DNA of 63,787 nucleotides, the filler included, from Neolecta irregularis DAH-3 (taxonomy: Eukaryota), in the NCBI GenBank assembly GCA_001929475.1. It is 13 parts of 13 records of this genome, joined end to end, with 100 filler letters (N's around TTAATTAATTAA, not from the genome) between each part and the next. Parts side by side here need not be neighbours in the genome. Positions count along the whole stretch, not along the records: positions 44,551 to 54,730 come from LXFE01001070.1; positions 54,831 to 56,961 come from LXFE01001078.1; positions 57,062 to 59,586 come from LXFE01001080.1; positions 59,687 to 62,074 come from LXFE01001081.1; positions 62,175 to 63,787 come from LXFE01001094.1; 8 more parts are not named here. The stretch is one strand, 5' to 3'. Shown here in pieces: positions 50,626 to 62,386 of this stretch; the stretch's first letter is position 1; each line of letters begins with the position of its first letter. The notes beneath the pieces were generated by a model, which was not told the DNA's origin, made no database searches, and saw nothing but the letters and a program-made list of their open reading frames with translations. A program made the position numbers and the translations under genes.

Positions 50626-51394
50626 GACGCGGGAGGGAGCTGGAGTTGCAGTATCTCGTCGATGATTCCGTTCTGCTGCTATGTCCGCTGTGCTCTACAC
50701 GAGATTGCAGTATCAAAAAAGAAGGGATCGTGGAGGTTGGGTTAGCAGGACTATTGTCTGAGGCAAGAGGGCAGCCGGGGCGAGTTTTGGTGTTTTTGGG
50801 TGGCGGGAGAGGCAGGCAGCAGGGAGGAGGACACCCGCTGTTTGCAAGCTGAGCCCGCGACGAGTCCCCGCATCCCTTTGCTACTCAAAACCCTTTAAGA
50901 AGATATTCGCAGCAGGTAATTGCACAAAGCCTACTCCACAACCCTGCACTACCCCATCCGGATCACGACCCATGCAGAAACATACAGCGACATTGCTGCA
51001 AATATAAATATTCCACACACTATATCCAGCCGGTTTACCAAAAGACAAGCACTCTCTAACCTGCTCGTATGCACAGACGCCCACAGTCTCATCATCAGAA
51101 ACATCGCTACAGAAACGGCATCATTCATAAGCGTGAGACGACGTTGTGCGTGATGTTGCCCGTACTCGAAAAAAAGAGGAAAGCTCTCCTTGCGGCTGAC
51201 GACCACACGCCACGTTCCCCCTCGGTGCTAGATCATAAACTACAAACAGATTGATGCCGTCATCTGTACAGGCTCAACACCCACTGTTTTATTTTCACTC
51301 CGCGGGTATCCGCACAATAACCGGTACAAAAAGGGCTATCCCCAACACGCGGTTGCATTTGTCTATTGACAAAGAGCTCTCCTTCTACTACAAT

Positions 51395-51483
51395 GACTAA
51401 GTGGTGTAGCGGTAACATTGTAGCCTTCCACTTGAGACTGTCTCAGTAAGCTGTAGCTCCGGGTTCGACTCCCGGCTTAGTCA
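51395..51483 (+). tRNA. tRNA-Gly(TCC) with 18-nt intron
   Basis: Acceptor stem GACTAAG/CTTAGTC plus A; D-arm GTGT/ACAT; anticodon loop CT-TCC-A[intron]A; T-arm CCGGG-TTCGACT-CCCGG; 71 nt after splicing. Confidence 0.9.
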
Positions 51484-52201
51484 ATGAAAAGTTGTATCGT
51501 TTTACCAAATTGGAATTTGAAAAATTTCAACTTCGCTATATATCAGTGACAGATAATAAATAAAACATAGGTAGATAGAAAAACATATGGATGGAAATTT
51601 ATTCTTTTTCTAATTAGTGCGTTTGGTGCATGCCAAATTTTATAAAGTTTGGCCCAGTGTTGGGAACGAGCCAAAGCCCATGGGCCGGGCCGGGCCTAAC
51701 ATGTGACAACCGTTTTGGGTGGTGGCGTGCCGGGCAGAGATGGGCGGAGCAGGAATATAATATGCTAAAGCAAGTTTAAATTACTGTATGTATGTATATA
51801 TTCTTTATATTTATTTAAATGTTGGCAAGAAGGAACTGACAAGGCGGCGGGCAAGGTGGGTGGGCCAAATAGGCCAAACGGGTGTGGGAGACGGGAAAGA
51901 TGGGTGAGCTGGGGAGGAAAGATGGGAGAGGCAAAAGAGATGGGCGGGCGATGCGCATGAGGCGGGCAGGACATGGCGGACGCACTGGACGGGCAGGACG
52001 GGCGAGGTGGAACGGGACTCGCGGGACGGGATAGGCAAGGCGGGACGGGACAGGTGTCTTTTTCGAGATGGCAAATGAGAGGAGAAATCCCTCAAGTCAT
52101 GAAAATTGGCGCGCACCGAACGCGCGCTTAAAATTGGAATTTTACGAATTGCCACGAAGACACCCTTATTCTTTTTGTAAACGCAAAAGGTCAAAATAAA
52201 T

Positions 52202-52290
52202 TGACTAAGCCGGGAGTCGAACCCGGAGCTACAGCTTACTGAGACAGTCTCAAGTGGAAGGCTACAATGTTACCGCTACACCACTTAGTC
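52202..52290 (-). tRNA. tRNA-Gly(TCC) with 18-nt intron, identical inverted copy
   Basis: Exact reverse complement of 51395-51483. Confidence 0.9.
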
Positions 52291-52508
52291 CTGATAATTG
52301 AAGTCGAAAGTATTTTTATAAATGACTTGCCAAATACTAGCTCTTGCATGACAATTTGACCAGAGATTTGATAAATACGTCAACAAGTTTACTATTTACC
52401 TCCCCTCTTATGCACCCGATGGAAATAGTCTTCAGTGGATAAAGTGTTAACCCTGGCCACTGTACGTAATATTTGATCTCTTTGAATGGTCAAGTTCATG
52501 TGATGATT

Positions 52509-54196
52509 TCATTCTCCTACATCCATATCTTCATCTATTTCAATCTCTGGAGTTTTTTCTAGCTTCATCTCTTCCATCTGAACGTCTTCCACAGTTTCTG
52601 CCTCCGCATGCCAAACTTTAATAGTCCGATCATAGCCACTGGCAACCAACCGTCTCATGTCTGACATTAACAATCTCCCATAAAGAATAATCAAACCATT
52701 AGAGATATCCACACTCATACATTTACTTTCATGCGCTCTCAAACTTTTAATAAGACTCCACGAATCTGCACTCCAGATTTTAACGATGCCATCGTATCCA
52801 GAGCTGACCAAGGCTGTGCCATTCCATGGCAGTCTGACTTGTCCATCTTTGACAAGAACCTCCTCTTCGAGAGTTTTATAGAAGCGTACATCAGAGACGG
52901 AAGATGTACTAGCGGCGATAGTAGCACCACATGCGACCTTTCTCACGTCCCAAATTTTGATGGTTCCGTCGGCGGAAGCAGTGGCGACCTGGTAACCAGT
53001 AACACTCCAATCCATAGAATGAATAGCTGCTGAGTGACCATCCAAAATCATTATCCCGCGACCGGTCCGCAAATCCCATATTCTACCGACCGCATCCGTG
53101 CCGCCTGAACTCACGAGACTTCCATCAGGAGAACATGAAACTGCAAATATACGATCGGAATGTCCGTCTTGGAGAAGAAGCTCACTACTCGTTTCGAGAT
53201 CCCAGAGGCGAAAAGTGGTATCAAAACTTGCTGACAGAATATACTGCTTTAACGGATGAAAGACCACTTTACAGACTCTGGCCGTGTGGCCTTTTAATCT
53301 TGATAAAGGGGTGTCTCTAATAATGAGTTGAGAAAACTGGCGAGATGTACTGTTGTGTGTTCCATAGGCAAATATCCCCTTCTCCTCCTCCGCTGGCTAA
53401 CTCGACGTTTCCAGTGGAGTAAGACCAATCAATCCCGCCAACATATCCATCATGGCCTTTTAACAGCCTCCATTCTTCGAGAGTATCTGAATTAAACAAT
53501 TTAATGGTGCCGCTCCAACTTCCTGCAGCAAATGAATTTGAATCTGGAGAAAACCGTACGATAGCAACAGGCCGATCACCGCCTATTTGTGATCCAATAC
53601 TTTGAAACGAAGATAACTGATTGTTAACAATTTTTCGATGTGCAATCAATTTTTCTAGTGGGAGTTTTGATTCCACTATTTGTCTTGCGAGGCGTTTGCG
53701 TGCTCTGAGAAGTAAGCAGAAAATGAAAGACAGAGAAATGCCGTGGTAATGAATATTCGGCTATTTCCCTTCTTGTGGCTAATAATTCCTGAACTCCAGG
53801 GGTATAATATTCCTCCTCCTCCTCGTCCTCCCTTATCGTCTGTTGTTCGGGTAGTACTCCATCTGATCTTGCTAATAAATTCCGTAGTCGATCGCGCCGT
53901 TCAGCTGGACCTTCACCGAAAAAAGTGACAGGTTCTCCTAGCTCTCGAAGTTTCTGGCGAACCTTGAGATCATCTGTGGGTACTGCGATGTTCTTTGTAA
54001 GGGCTCGTTGGGAAAGCGCAGCTGTGAGTTGGGCAGCTGCTTGTTGGGTTTTCGAGAGGGCGCGTATGGGCAGGGAGGTATCCACAGCTGCAATTGATCA
54101 GTCTAAAGCTGGAAAGAGAATTTACGAATTTGATCAAAGGTTATGCCGGGGCCTGACTGGGAAATCAGAGGATGTGGGGTGAGAGAAGTTTACCAT
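52509..54196 (-). CDS. PRP4: U4/U6 snRNP WD40 protein Prp4
   Basis: SFM motif [55 protein letters not shown]...[18 protein letters not shown]. Confidence 0.92.
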
Positions 54197-54830
54197 TTTG
54201 GTTACTGCAAAGTGGGTCGAGGTCGAAATTTCGAAAACGCCAAATTCATTCGCTAAATGCAGAGCACAATTATAAACGTTTATAATTACGAAATACTGAG
54301 TTTCCTCATTTTATGACTCCTAAAAAGGCTACAACTAGCAGATGTCTGCCCAACTTGAAAATTCTGCCAACTTATATCTCAATGGAGCACTTTTTCACCC
54401 CATTAGAGCAGCGGTTTTCACAGTGTGGCTAACCACCGGACCGAACAATAAGTATGATGGAGTGGAGATTGGGAAAGGTACAGTAGACCTTTACATTTTG
54501 AGTGGCCTGCCCAGCCAATGAGTGCAGAATGTGAAAGAGTATTCAGCTAAGCAGAAAACCTGATCACTGATATGAGAACCTATGTTGGGAATGACACAGT
54601 TGAAACAAATGAATGCCAGAAGAATTGGCTGTTTAAAGGGCTTTTTGTAAATAGTCTCGAGGAGAAATAATAGCAACTGAAGAAATGGCCAGGTAGAAAT
54701 CAAATCACATTAGCAATTTTTGTTATTTAGNNNNNNNNNNNNNNNNNNNNNNNNNNNNNNNNNNNNNNNNNNNNTTAATTAATTAANNNNNNNNNNNNNN
54801 NNNNNNNNNNNNNNNNNNNNNNNNNNNNNN

Positions 54831-55122
54831 TCATTCGACCCACTTCGTTATGATTCATGCAAAATGTTCCCGTGTAATCCCATAATTTTTCACCCAGAAG
54901 TACCCATTCGCTCGTCGGAGATGGGTACTGAGCTACGAGAAAGTTGTTAACACCCTTATTCAAGTTGAAAATTCCAACGGTGTTTTTAAATTGCAAGACT
55001 TTCACGGCAGATGCAGATGCAGTTCCAGGTCCAGATGCAATTGCAGGTGATGGGGTTGCAGGTGCAGGTTTTGCAACACAGAGCGTCAAAGCGAAGCCGG
55101 CGAGGATGGCGAGAATATTCAT
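54831..55122 (-). CDS. Small secreted protein, 3' end lost at linker
   Basis: Signal peptide MNILAILAGFALTLCVA, Pro/Ala linker, then EKLWDYTGTFC. Confidence 0.6.
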
Positions 55123-55472
55123 AGATTATAGATTAGGTGGGCATGACAGTGATCTTATACGTTTCCTCATGGCTATTTTATCCGCTACATTTCCCCAAGA
55201 GTGGCTATTGAATGTGATTTCGGGATATTTGCATGCAGCTGTACCTACAAACACTCCCTATGTTCGTAAGAGGACTGACACAATTCCGGGAATATTGTGT
55301 ACTAGTATTTCTATCAGGAATAACACTAACCTTGAACGATATAAATACAAGCCCTTTATTTGTCCGAGTAACTGCACAAGGGATGGGAGCCATATTAGTG
55401 AAACCCCCTAATTACTGTGGACGTCATATGATATGTAAGCGATCGCCAACTACGAATAAGACCAGGTATATT

Positions 55473-55562
55473 CCAAAGAATTGTACTTTACAGAGGCGTA
55501 GCGTGTAGCTAACCAAAGAATTGTACTTCTTTACAGCGTGTAGCAACCAAAGAATTGTACTT
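55473..55562. repeat. Three spaced copies of CCAAAGAATTGTACTT
   Basis: Read directly at about 55473, 55513 and 55547. Confidence 0.8.
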
Positions 55563-55792
55563 GCCACTCCGACAACCAGTCACGTGTCGGTCAGAACAAC
55601 GTTCTTACAATATCAGTACGCTCTGCACTGATTGGAGAATGTGTTTGATTAGATTCAGTGATCTTGTAGTTCTCTAGATTAAGTATCTCAACCGACAATG
55701 GATGGCATCTAAAGACGATAGGTGTCTACGAGTAGTCTTGGGGTAATGCAGGCTATTGTACTATCAACTTGCCGCAGCATGATATACGATAA

Positions 55793-55898
55793 CATTCTAT
55801 CAATTCATTCATTCTATAATTTCATTCATTCTATCAATTCATTCATTCTAATTTCATTCATTCTATCAATTCACATCTCATTCTAATTTCATTCTCAT
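55793..55898. repeat. (ATTC)-rich degenerate minisatellite just 3' of the RSM26-like gene
   Basis: Repeated ATTCTATCAATTCATTC / ATTCTAATTTCATTC units. Confidence 0.8.
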
Positions 55899-55901
55899 CG
55901 A

Positions 55902-56961
55902 TCACTTTGAGGTCCTGATGTACAGCCTGTCATGGCACCTGTGCCAATCGAGGACCTTTATGAAATTAGCGACATAGTCCTTCTTGCCGTCGATGCCATA
56001 GTCGGCGAGCCAGGCGTGCTCCCACAGATTGCAGCACAGGATGGGGGAAAAGGGGTATGTTTTTGTCTGGGCGGCTTCGATGGTGCGGCCGGGGTAGAAG
56101 AAGGCGGGGGAGGCCTTTGTGTTTGGGTCTATGGACTGGGACCTGCCGAGCAGCAGGGGCGAGCCGGCGTTGTAGGTGGGGACGATCCTGAGGGCGCAGG
56201 CGTCGTCCTCGACGAGCCAGAGGAAGCCTGAGCCGTAGAGGGCGACGGCGGCGGTGGTGAAGGAGTCGGCAAAGGCGGCGAGGGAGGAGAACTGGGTGAC
56301 GATGCGGGCGAGGACGGGCGGCGGCGGCGGGAGCGGGTGCTGGGTCTGCGGGTTAGGGTCAGGCAGCGGGGGCGGGGCGGGGCACGATGGAGGCGAGGAA
56401 GAAGGCGTTGGCGTAGGCGTAGGACGCGTGGTTGAAGGTGGCGGCAAGGTCCGGCTGGAAGGCGGCGGCGAGGGCGATGTCGCGCGGCGGCAGGGCCTCG
56501 AGCACGGTGCCTGCGGTTAGCAGCCAACCCGGACGCAGACGCACCCGCAGTCAGCGCGTGCAGGCGGTCGAGCGAGTGCTGCTGGCGCGTGTACCACAGC
56601 CCGGCGAAGGCGGCCGGCGAGAGCAGCGGCGGGATGCCGATCTGCCGCGGGTACTGCAGGTGCGGCGGGGTTGAGAGGGGGACTGAGGGGGGAGTGCTGG
56701 CTGGAGCTGGTGTAGCTGGTGTAGTTGGCGGGGTTGTGGGTGTAGCTTCATCTGGTGTAGCTGGTGTAGCTGGTGTAGCTGGTGTAGCTGGCGGGGTTGT
56801 AGGTGCAGCTGGTGTAGCTTTGGCGGCTTTGGCATTGACAGCTTTGGCTTTGGCAGCTTTGGCAGGCACTGCAGCTTTAGCAGGCACTGCAGCTTTGGCA
56901 GCTTTGGCAGGGCGTTTCGGGGCAGCGCGGGTAGAAAAGTGCGCAGGGCGGGTCGGTAGCC
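55902..56961 (-). CDS. Mitochondrial small-subunit ribosomal protein of Fe/Mn-SOD fold (Rsm26/Mrp1-like); start lost at linker
   Basis: [13 protein letters not shown]...L.RL..LT / GT..E / [17 protein letters not shown] / FSSL..F...F...[12 protein letters not shown] / [20 protein letters not shown] metal ligands are not all kept; two short GC-rich introns. Confidence 0.82.
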
Positions 56962-57311
56962 NNNNNNNNNNNNNNNNNNNNNNNNNNNNNNNNNNNNNNN
57001 NNNNNTTAATTAATTAANNNNNNNNNNNNNNNNNNNNNNNNNNNNNNNNNNNNNNNNNNNNGCAGCAGCAGCAGCAGCAGCAGCGGTGGAGGAATTAGCG
57101 CGCAGAGGCCGAAGAGAGCGATGGAGGCGGGGCGGGAGGGCGCAGCGGAGGCGGCAGGGGAACCGGAGCATTGCACAGCGGCGGCAGTGGCAGCGGCAGC
57201 GGCAGCACCAGGCACACTCCCGTGCGCCCGCCTTCCTATATAGTCACCGGCCTCCCGCACTGCTACGGCGCTCGCTTCCAGCTTCCCGATTGGGCTCGCC
57301 TCCCGTCCGCC

Positions 57312-58382
57312 ATGCCCAATCTCGCAGACGCCATCCCGCTCGACGTCTGCTGCACTCGCTACCATCTCGCCTGCTGCTCATCCCGCCCCGGACAACCCGC
57401 CGCCTCCCATCTCCTGCTGCTCGCAACTGCCGGCCTGCTGGTTTCCGCGGTCGACGTCGCGGTCTACTACACTCCGCAGACCACAGTCTTCTACGTCTCC
57501 AAACTCGATTCCTCCGGCTATTCGCCCTGTTCGCTCACCCGCCCCCTGGTCCAAACCTCTCTGCGTCGTGTCCTGCGTCTCCATGCTCGAAAGGGCGTCC
57601 CCAATGCCATTGCCTTGTTCGCCCGCGCCCAGCCCCAGTACCTGTTTCCCAAATCGTCAGAGAATCCCCTCAAAAACACCCTCGACGACCAATCCCTCAT
57701 CAAGTGGTGGCTGCGCACCCTCGATCCTTTTGTACGCTCTGAAAGTCTCATCAGCGCAAACTTGCTGATTCCCGGCTTCTCCCCTCGCGAGACAGACTTG
57801 TTCCTGGCCCGCGATAACAACAAGTGGGACAAGGGATTCGTCTTTGCTCAGATGCATACAGCCCCCGCTCTGCATCTATTCGCAAACATCCCCCGGTTTC
57901 TAGACGATCCCAAAACACGATTCCTCGACGAGCTGGAAAGTACAGGACAGCTGTCTACCACAAGCATGGCTGCATTTTGGGAGCTTATGGCGGAGAGACA
58001 AGAATGTGCCTCCGGAAGAGTGGTAGCATTTGTAGGTGTACGCCTCTCTGAACTCGTCGAACCTCCGCCGCCAGACATACCATTGTATATTGATGAAAAG
58101 ATCTACAAGAAGGCATACGACTCGCTCCAGTACGGCGATTTCTCCAGCAAAGAGAAAGCAAAAGAATGTACCGATTCATGGCTCACTGGTGTAAAGTCTA
58201 TGCTCGGAAAGAAAAGCGAATCCTGGGGTGAGACCATTCAAGGCAAGAAACAACCCTCTATTCGGAACGATCCGGACCAAATGGTAGACGTACTTTCTGT
58301 ACGGAAACCCATAAAAAGAGACGTTGATACCGTGATCGCAAACGACCTTGCCAATTTTGTTCGAAAGAAGTCCAAAAGTTAG
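57312..58382 (+). CDS. RTT109: Histone H3K56 acetyltransferase
   Basis: FYVSKLDSSGY, LFARAQPQYLFPKS.ENP.K..LD...LIKWW, IPRFLDDPKTRFL, FWELMA.RQEC. Confidence 0.93.
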   Translation: MPNLADAIPLDVCCTRYHLACCSSRPGQPAASHLLLLATAGLLVSAVDVAVYYTPQTTVFYVSKLDSSGYSPCSLTRPLVQTSLRRVLRLHARKGVPNAIALFARAQPQYLFPKSSENPLKNTLDDQSLIKWWLRTLDPFVRSESLISANLLIPGFSPRETDLFLARDNNKWDKGFVFAQMHTAPALHLFANIPRFLDDPKTRFLDELESTGQLSTTSMAAFWELMAERQECASGRVVAFVGVRLSELVEPPPPDIPLYIDEKIYKKAYDSLQYGDFSSKEKAKECTDSWLTGVKSMLGKKSESWGETIQGKKQPSIRNDPDQMVDVLSVRKPIKRDVDTVIANDLANFVRKKSKS

Positions 58383-58452
58383 CATTCACAAAGGCCAAAT
58401 TTCATGGCATTTCTAATTCTCGAATTGAATCCCATTCTAATGCCTATATACA

Positions 58453-59586
58453 TCACATTTCTCTCTTTTCCCTAATCTTGTCCACAAGATATCCTACCAA
58501 TCCTCCTTTATTCGCCTCGCACATCGCTTGAATTTCAGCCTTCATTCCAACAAATAACATTCGACAAAGATCAGATTTCATTTCAATTTCTCCATCTAGC
58601 CAACTATTCTGGAGCAAACTTGTCGCTTTCTGACGATCTCTAATAGTCAAGGGCATATATCCATCAAGCCCATTTTTGACACCATCAAAATCTTTTGCAA
58701 ATACACCAATCCATTGAAGAGATGGTAATGTCAAATTCCTGTTCTCGTGGGCCAAGGATTTGGACCCAAATTTGTAGGTTGAAAAGATTTCAAAACCATG
58801 CGGGTCATTATCCACAAGGCAGAATATTGGAGTCGACCGAGTGTAGGCTGATTGTGACAACGTTGTAGAGTTTGCAAGAAGTCTGAGAAATTCGCGTGTA
58901 GCTATATCAGGATACCCTTTAGCCTACAAAGTCAAGCGCAGTCTTAACGAATGGGACGTAAAGTAATAAGAATAGCATTTCCAATTTCTGGATGAGAATG
59001 AAACCTTTCCAAGCACAGAGACTGAAAAGATGCCTCCTTTTCTATGACAAGTACATAATCTGCATTTATTTCAAGTGTCTTGATGTCGGCAACGTTGGGT
59101 ATAAGCAAACCCTACTGGATTAGAAAAAGATATTTGACTAAAAACCTCTGGAAAGTCAGAGCAATCATCTATTGCTCCGTTCTTTTTATGTATAGTCAAA
59201 CCTCCTGCCACTAATCCCTTGCTTGCAGCAGTCTTTATCAGCTTCAACTGCTTAAAATGACAGCCTACAACGTTGAGAGCTGATCGAGCAACACTAAATG
59301 TGAAAGCAATATCATCAACCAATTCGTCTACCACTGACTGCGAGCGAAAGAGTTTAGCGTCCTTGTAATACAAATCGCTTGGGGTCAATTCGCCGTAGAG
59401 TATAGATATAAATCACCGCTTGGTGGATTTTTCATTCTTAACAAGACCCTCGTGTATAAGTTGAAGAACTCGCAACATTACAGCTGAGCGTCATTTAAAG
59501 ACCGCTGATTCAATGAATACAAAATCGCCAAGATTCCTTGGCAGACCTTCCAGGAAACACTGTTGTTCTTTGTTTTGTGATGCACG
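58453..59586 (-). CDS. SPO11: Meiotic topoisomerase VI-A-like DSB enzyme (multi-exon; 5' end lost at linker)
   Basis: DLYYKD (catalytic Tyr), FRSQSVVD.LVDDIA, AASKGLVAG, VIEKEASF, KGYPDIATREFL, LVDNDPHGFEI, KAEIQA. Confidence 0.95.
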
Positions 59587-59686
59587 NNNNNNNNNNNNNN
59601 NNNNNNNNNNNNNNNNNNNNNNNNNNNNNNTTAATTAATTAANNNNNNNNNNNNNNNNNNNNNNNNNNNNNNNNNNNNNNNNNNNN

Positions 59687-60805
59687 CTCTTCAAGCTCTT
59701 CCACCTCGTCGACATCCAGCAACTTATCAAGTTCGATCAGCTCATCAAGTTCTTCCAGCTCTTCGAGATCTAGCACTTTGTCAAGTTCAACCAGCTCATT
59801 AATCTCATCGATCTCCGCCAGCTCTACCAGCTCGTCGATATCCAGTAGTTTGGTTAGTTCGACTACCCCTCCAAGCTCTTCCGCCTCCTCTACATCCAGC
59901 AACTTGTCAAGTTTGAGCAACTCATCAAGCTCTTCCAGCTCTTCAAGATCCAGCAGTTTGTCCACTTCAACTAGCTCCTCAAGCTCCAACAGCTCTACCA
60001 TTTCATCAAGATCCAGCAGCTCATCAACTCCAACCAGCTCATCCAGCTCATCATCTTCGTACGAAACATTTGCTATTATTCCCTTTAACAATTCAGGTCC
60101 ACATCCTCTATTACCTCATCTAGTCGCTCTTCATCGTCTTCATCCTCTTCCGCATCAGCTAGAAGTTCTCTCTCATTGTCTACCCCTACATCCACCTCAT
60201 CATCAACTTCCTCATCTTCAAGCCAAAGTAGTTCTTCATCTTCATCTGCATGCTACACTGGTACACAAACTCTTACGGAATTTGCCGCTGCAATTGATAC
60301 CTGGACTTCTGTTATTGCGGCTCGCAATCCAAGCAATGCTAACCTCGATTTGGCAGTTGACGAGTTTTACACCCAACACTCTGGCTTGTTAGGGATTGAA
60401 ATTTTTCATACATCAGTCATCACTACCCTCGGACTAACAATCACAGTTCTTGCGGACCAATATTGCTCTATTGTCGTTCTAAGTTCTATTCAGGCGGTAA
60501 ATGGATTCACAACCGATAAACATTCAAGCTCGACGTCCAGTGTGGATGCAACCTTCGATTACTGGCGTCTTCAAGTCGTTGCAACCTCTTTGGCATTCTC
60601 AGATACAATTAATTATACCCAGATGGATCCCAGTCAGCTTGCTGCTACTGAAATTGTAATGAATGGTTCAACATTTCAGCAGTGTGCTTGCACCGTATCC
60701 GGATTTTCAAACGCTTTTGCTGTTCTTTACCTTCCAACATCAAAGAAATCACTCACATATCCTGTCGCTAGTTGCACGCAGATGAACGGATTAAATTCTA
60801 TGTAA
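59687..60805 (+). CDS. Ser/Thr-rich extracellular-type protein, C-terminal part
   Basis: Long Ser-rich tract with internal repeats about 180 bp apart, intron about 60059-60096, then a Cys-containing globular C-terminal region. Confidence 0.7.
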
Positions 60806-62175
60806 CGAAATTATCTTGTGGTCCCGCAAGGTCTTCCTCTCGTTCATTGTCTCTTTCTTTTTGTCTTTCATTTCACCACTCTCACTACCCACCACTCATT
60901 TTGTACTATTGATTCAAAAACTGTAGTTATTTTAATTTTAATCTTTATATTTTTTATTTCATGTATTTAACTTAGTATGATTAGCTGTATTATATAGAAT
61001 CCTTGTCAACACCTAATGTGTCCAGAAATATCGACCAGTAGCATCATTGTATATGTAATTAGGGGAGGTCCAGACTCCTACAGCTTGAAATCCTGGACTT
61101 CCGCAGAATGAATTCTAATGGTTTGTTCATACAGGCCATGTTCTGACCGGATCATTGTCAAATCTTTCTAGAAACTATATTAACGCAGCGTGACTTTGGT
61201 GGGGGCGCGTCAGGAACCCCCCTATCACCGTAGCCCTATCATTAGCTGAAAACTAATCACTGCAAAGATGGACATCAGTTTTGAAACTAACGAACTCTAG
61301 CTTCAACAGCAGCATGAAAATATTTTGGAGTCATGCGGAACATTTCGTCTACATGCCTTACAAACCTTGGCATCTGGTAATCTTTGGAAGAACTTTGGTG
61401 GATGATAGAGCCAAGGGGTCATTGCTAATGGGGATCTAAATATTTTGAGATAATCGCGAGTATAGTCGTTTATAGCAAATACATTTACATTTCCTTGATT
61501 GAGTCTTGTCTTCAGAGAGGACGATTGAGAAAACGCAGAAAACGCAGGGATGGCTCACTTAACGAAGCTACTCTCGCGACGACATACAGTTTTGGGCCAT
61601 CAACTAAGGCTGCGTAATCTCGGAATTCTCAAGTTGATTTGACGAGCAGAGCTAGCATTGGGTAAAACGGGACTTCTGATTGGCGCGAAATTTAGGCGAG
61701 GTTGTTCACCCCCGAAGTCTTATACAATCATAAAATATTACGCTTCAGAAACAATCTGGCTGGGACACTCATTTGATTGGCGAAAGACTTTTCTTTATCA
61801 TCCATGTTGCTTTTAAGTATAACACTAAAGCGAGACCATTATGAATCCTCAGGTCCAGACCACTCCATCGAGATATAGCGTAAAAAGGGCCAAGGGCCAA
61901 GGCTGCAAAGTCGCACCAACATAAAACGGAATAGCACAGTATATAAAGCAGCGGACTCGCTTCGTGAAACTTGAACCTCATCCTCTAATTATATTTGTTG
62001 GTCAGAGTGCGTCTGCCAATTGCCTGGTGTGAGAGATTGATATCAGATTTATAGTGCACACATCTCGTTGTGCANNNNNNNNNNNNNNNNNNNNNNNNNN
62101 NNNNNNNNNNNNNNNNNNTTAATTAATTAANNNNNNNNNNNNNNNNNNNNNNNNNNNNNNNNNNNNNNNNNNNNT

Positions 62176-62376
62176 GAGCATATTATTGAACAAATACTTA
62201 TGCATCGCGGATCAGCCAGACGGAGGGAATATCTCATCAAGTGGAAAAACATCTCGTCCGACGAAAATTGGTGGAAAAAGGAAGAAGATCTGCCCGAAGA
62301 CGTCGTAACTCAATACTGGGATGATACCCAGAAAAGATTACCGCCATTAGAAGCCGCGAAGTGGCGAGGAAGTTAA
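62176..62376 (+). mobile_element. Chromodomain ending a Ty3/Gypsy (chromovirus) integrase
   Basis: Manual translation EHIIEQILMHRG..RRREYLIKWKNISSDENWWKKEEDL...VTQYW, followed at once by a purine tract and LTR-like DNA. Confidence 0.8.
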
Positions 62377-62386
62377 GGCGGGGAAG

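Noticed and set aside
51395-51483. Reading the tRNA as Trp(CCA)
   Set aside because: Shifting the register breaks the anticodon stem and puts a pyrimidine at position 37; TCC fits the canonical loop and intron site.
55902-56700. Active Fe/Mn superoxide dismutase
   Set aside because: The D-x-WEH motif is N-L-WEH and the N-terminal His ligands are not evident; fits the Rsm26/Mrp1 ribosomal paralogues.
57312-59586. RTT109-SPO11 tail-to-tail adjacency (70 bp) as a functional cluster
   Set aside because: Short convergent spacing is common in this compact window; no evidence of co-regulation.
59639-60091. Minus-strand ELDELLEL acidic leucine-repeat ORF
   Set aside because: Antisense shadow of the Ser-rich plus-strand gene (TCA/AGC/TCC codons).
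4809-62174. Recurrent TTAATTAATTAA palindrome as a biological repeat or CRISPR-like array
   Set aside because: Always centred in exactly 44+44 Ns; an artificial six-frame-stop linker. ORFs ending in X...LIN are artefacts.
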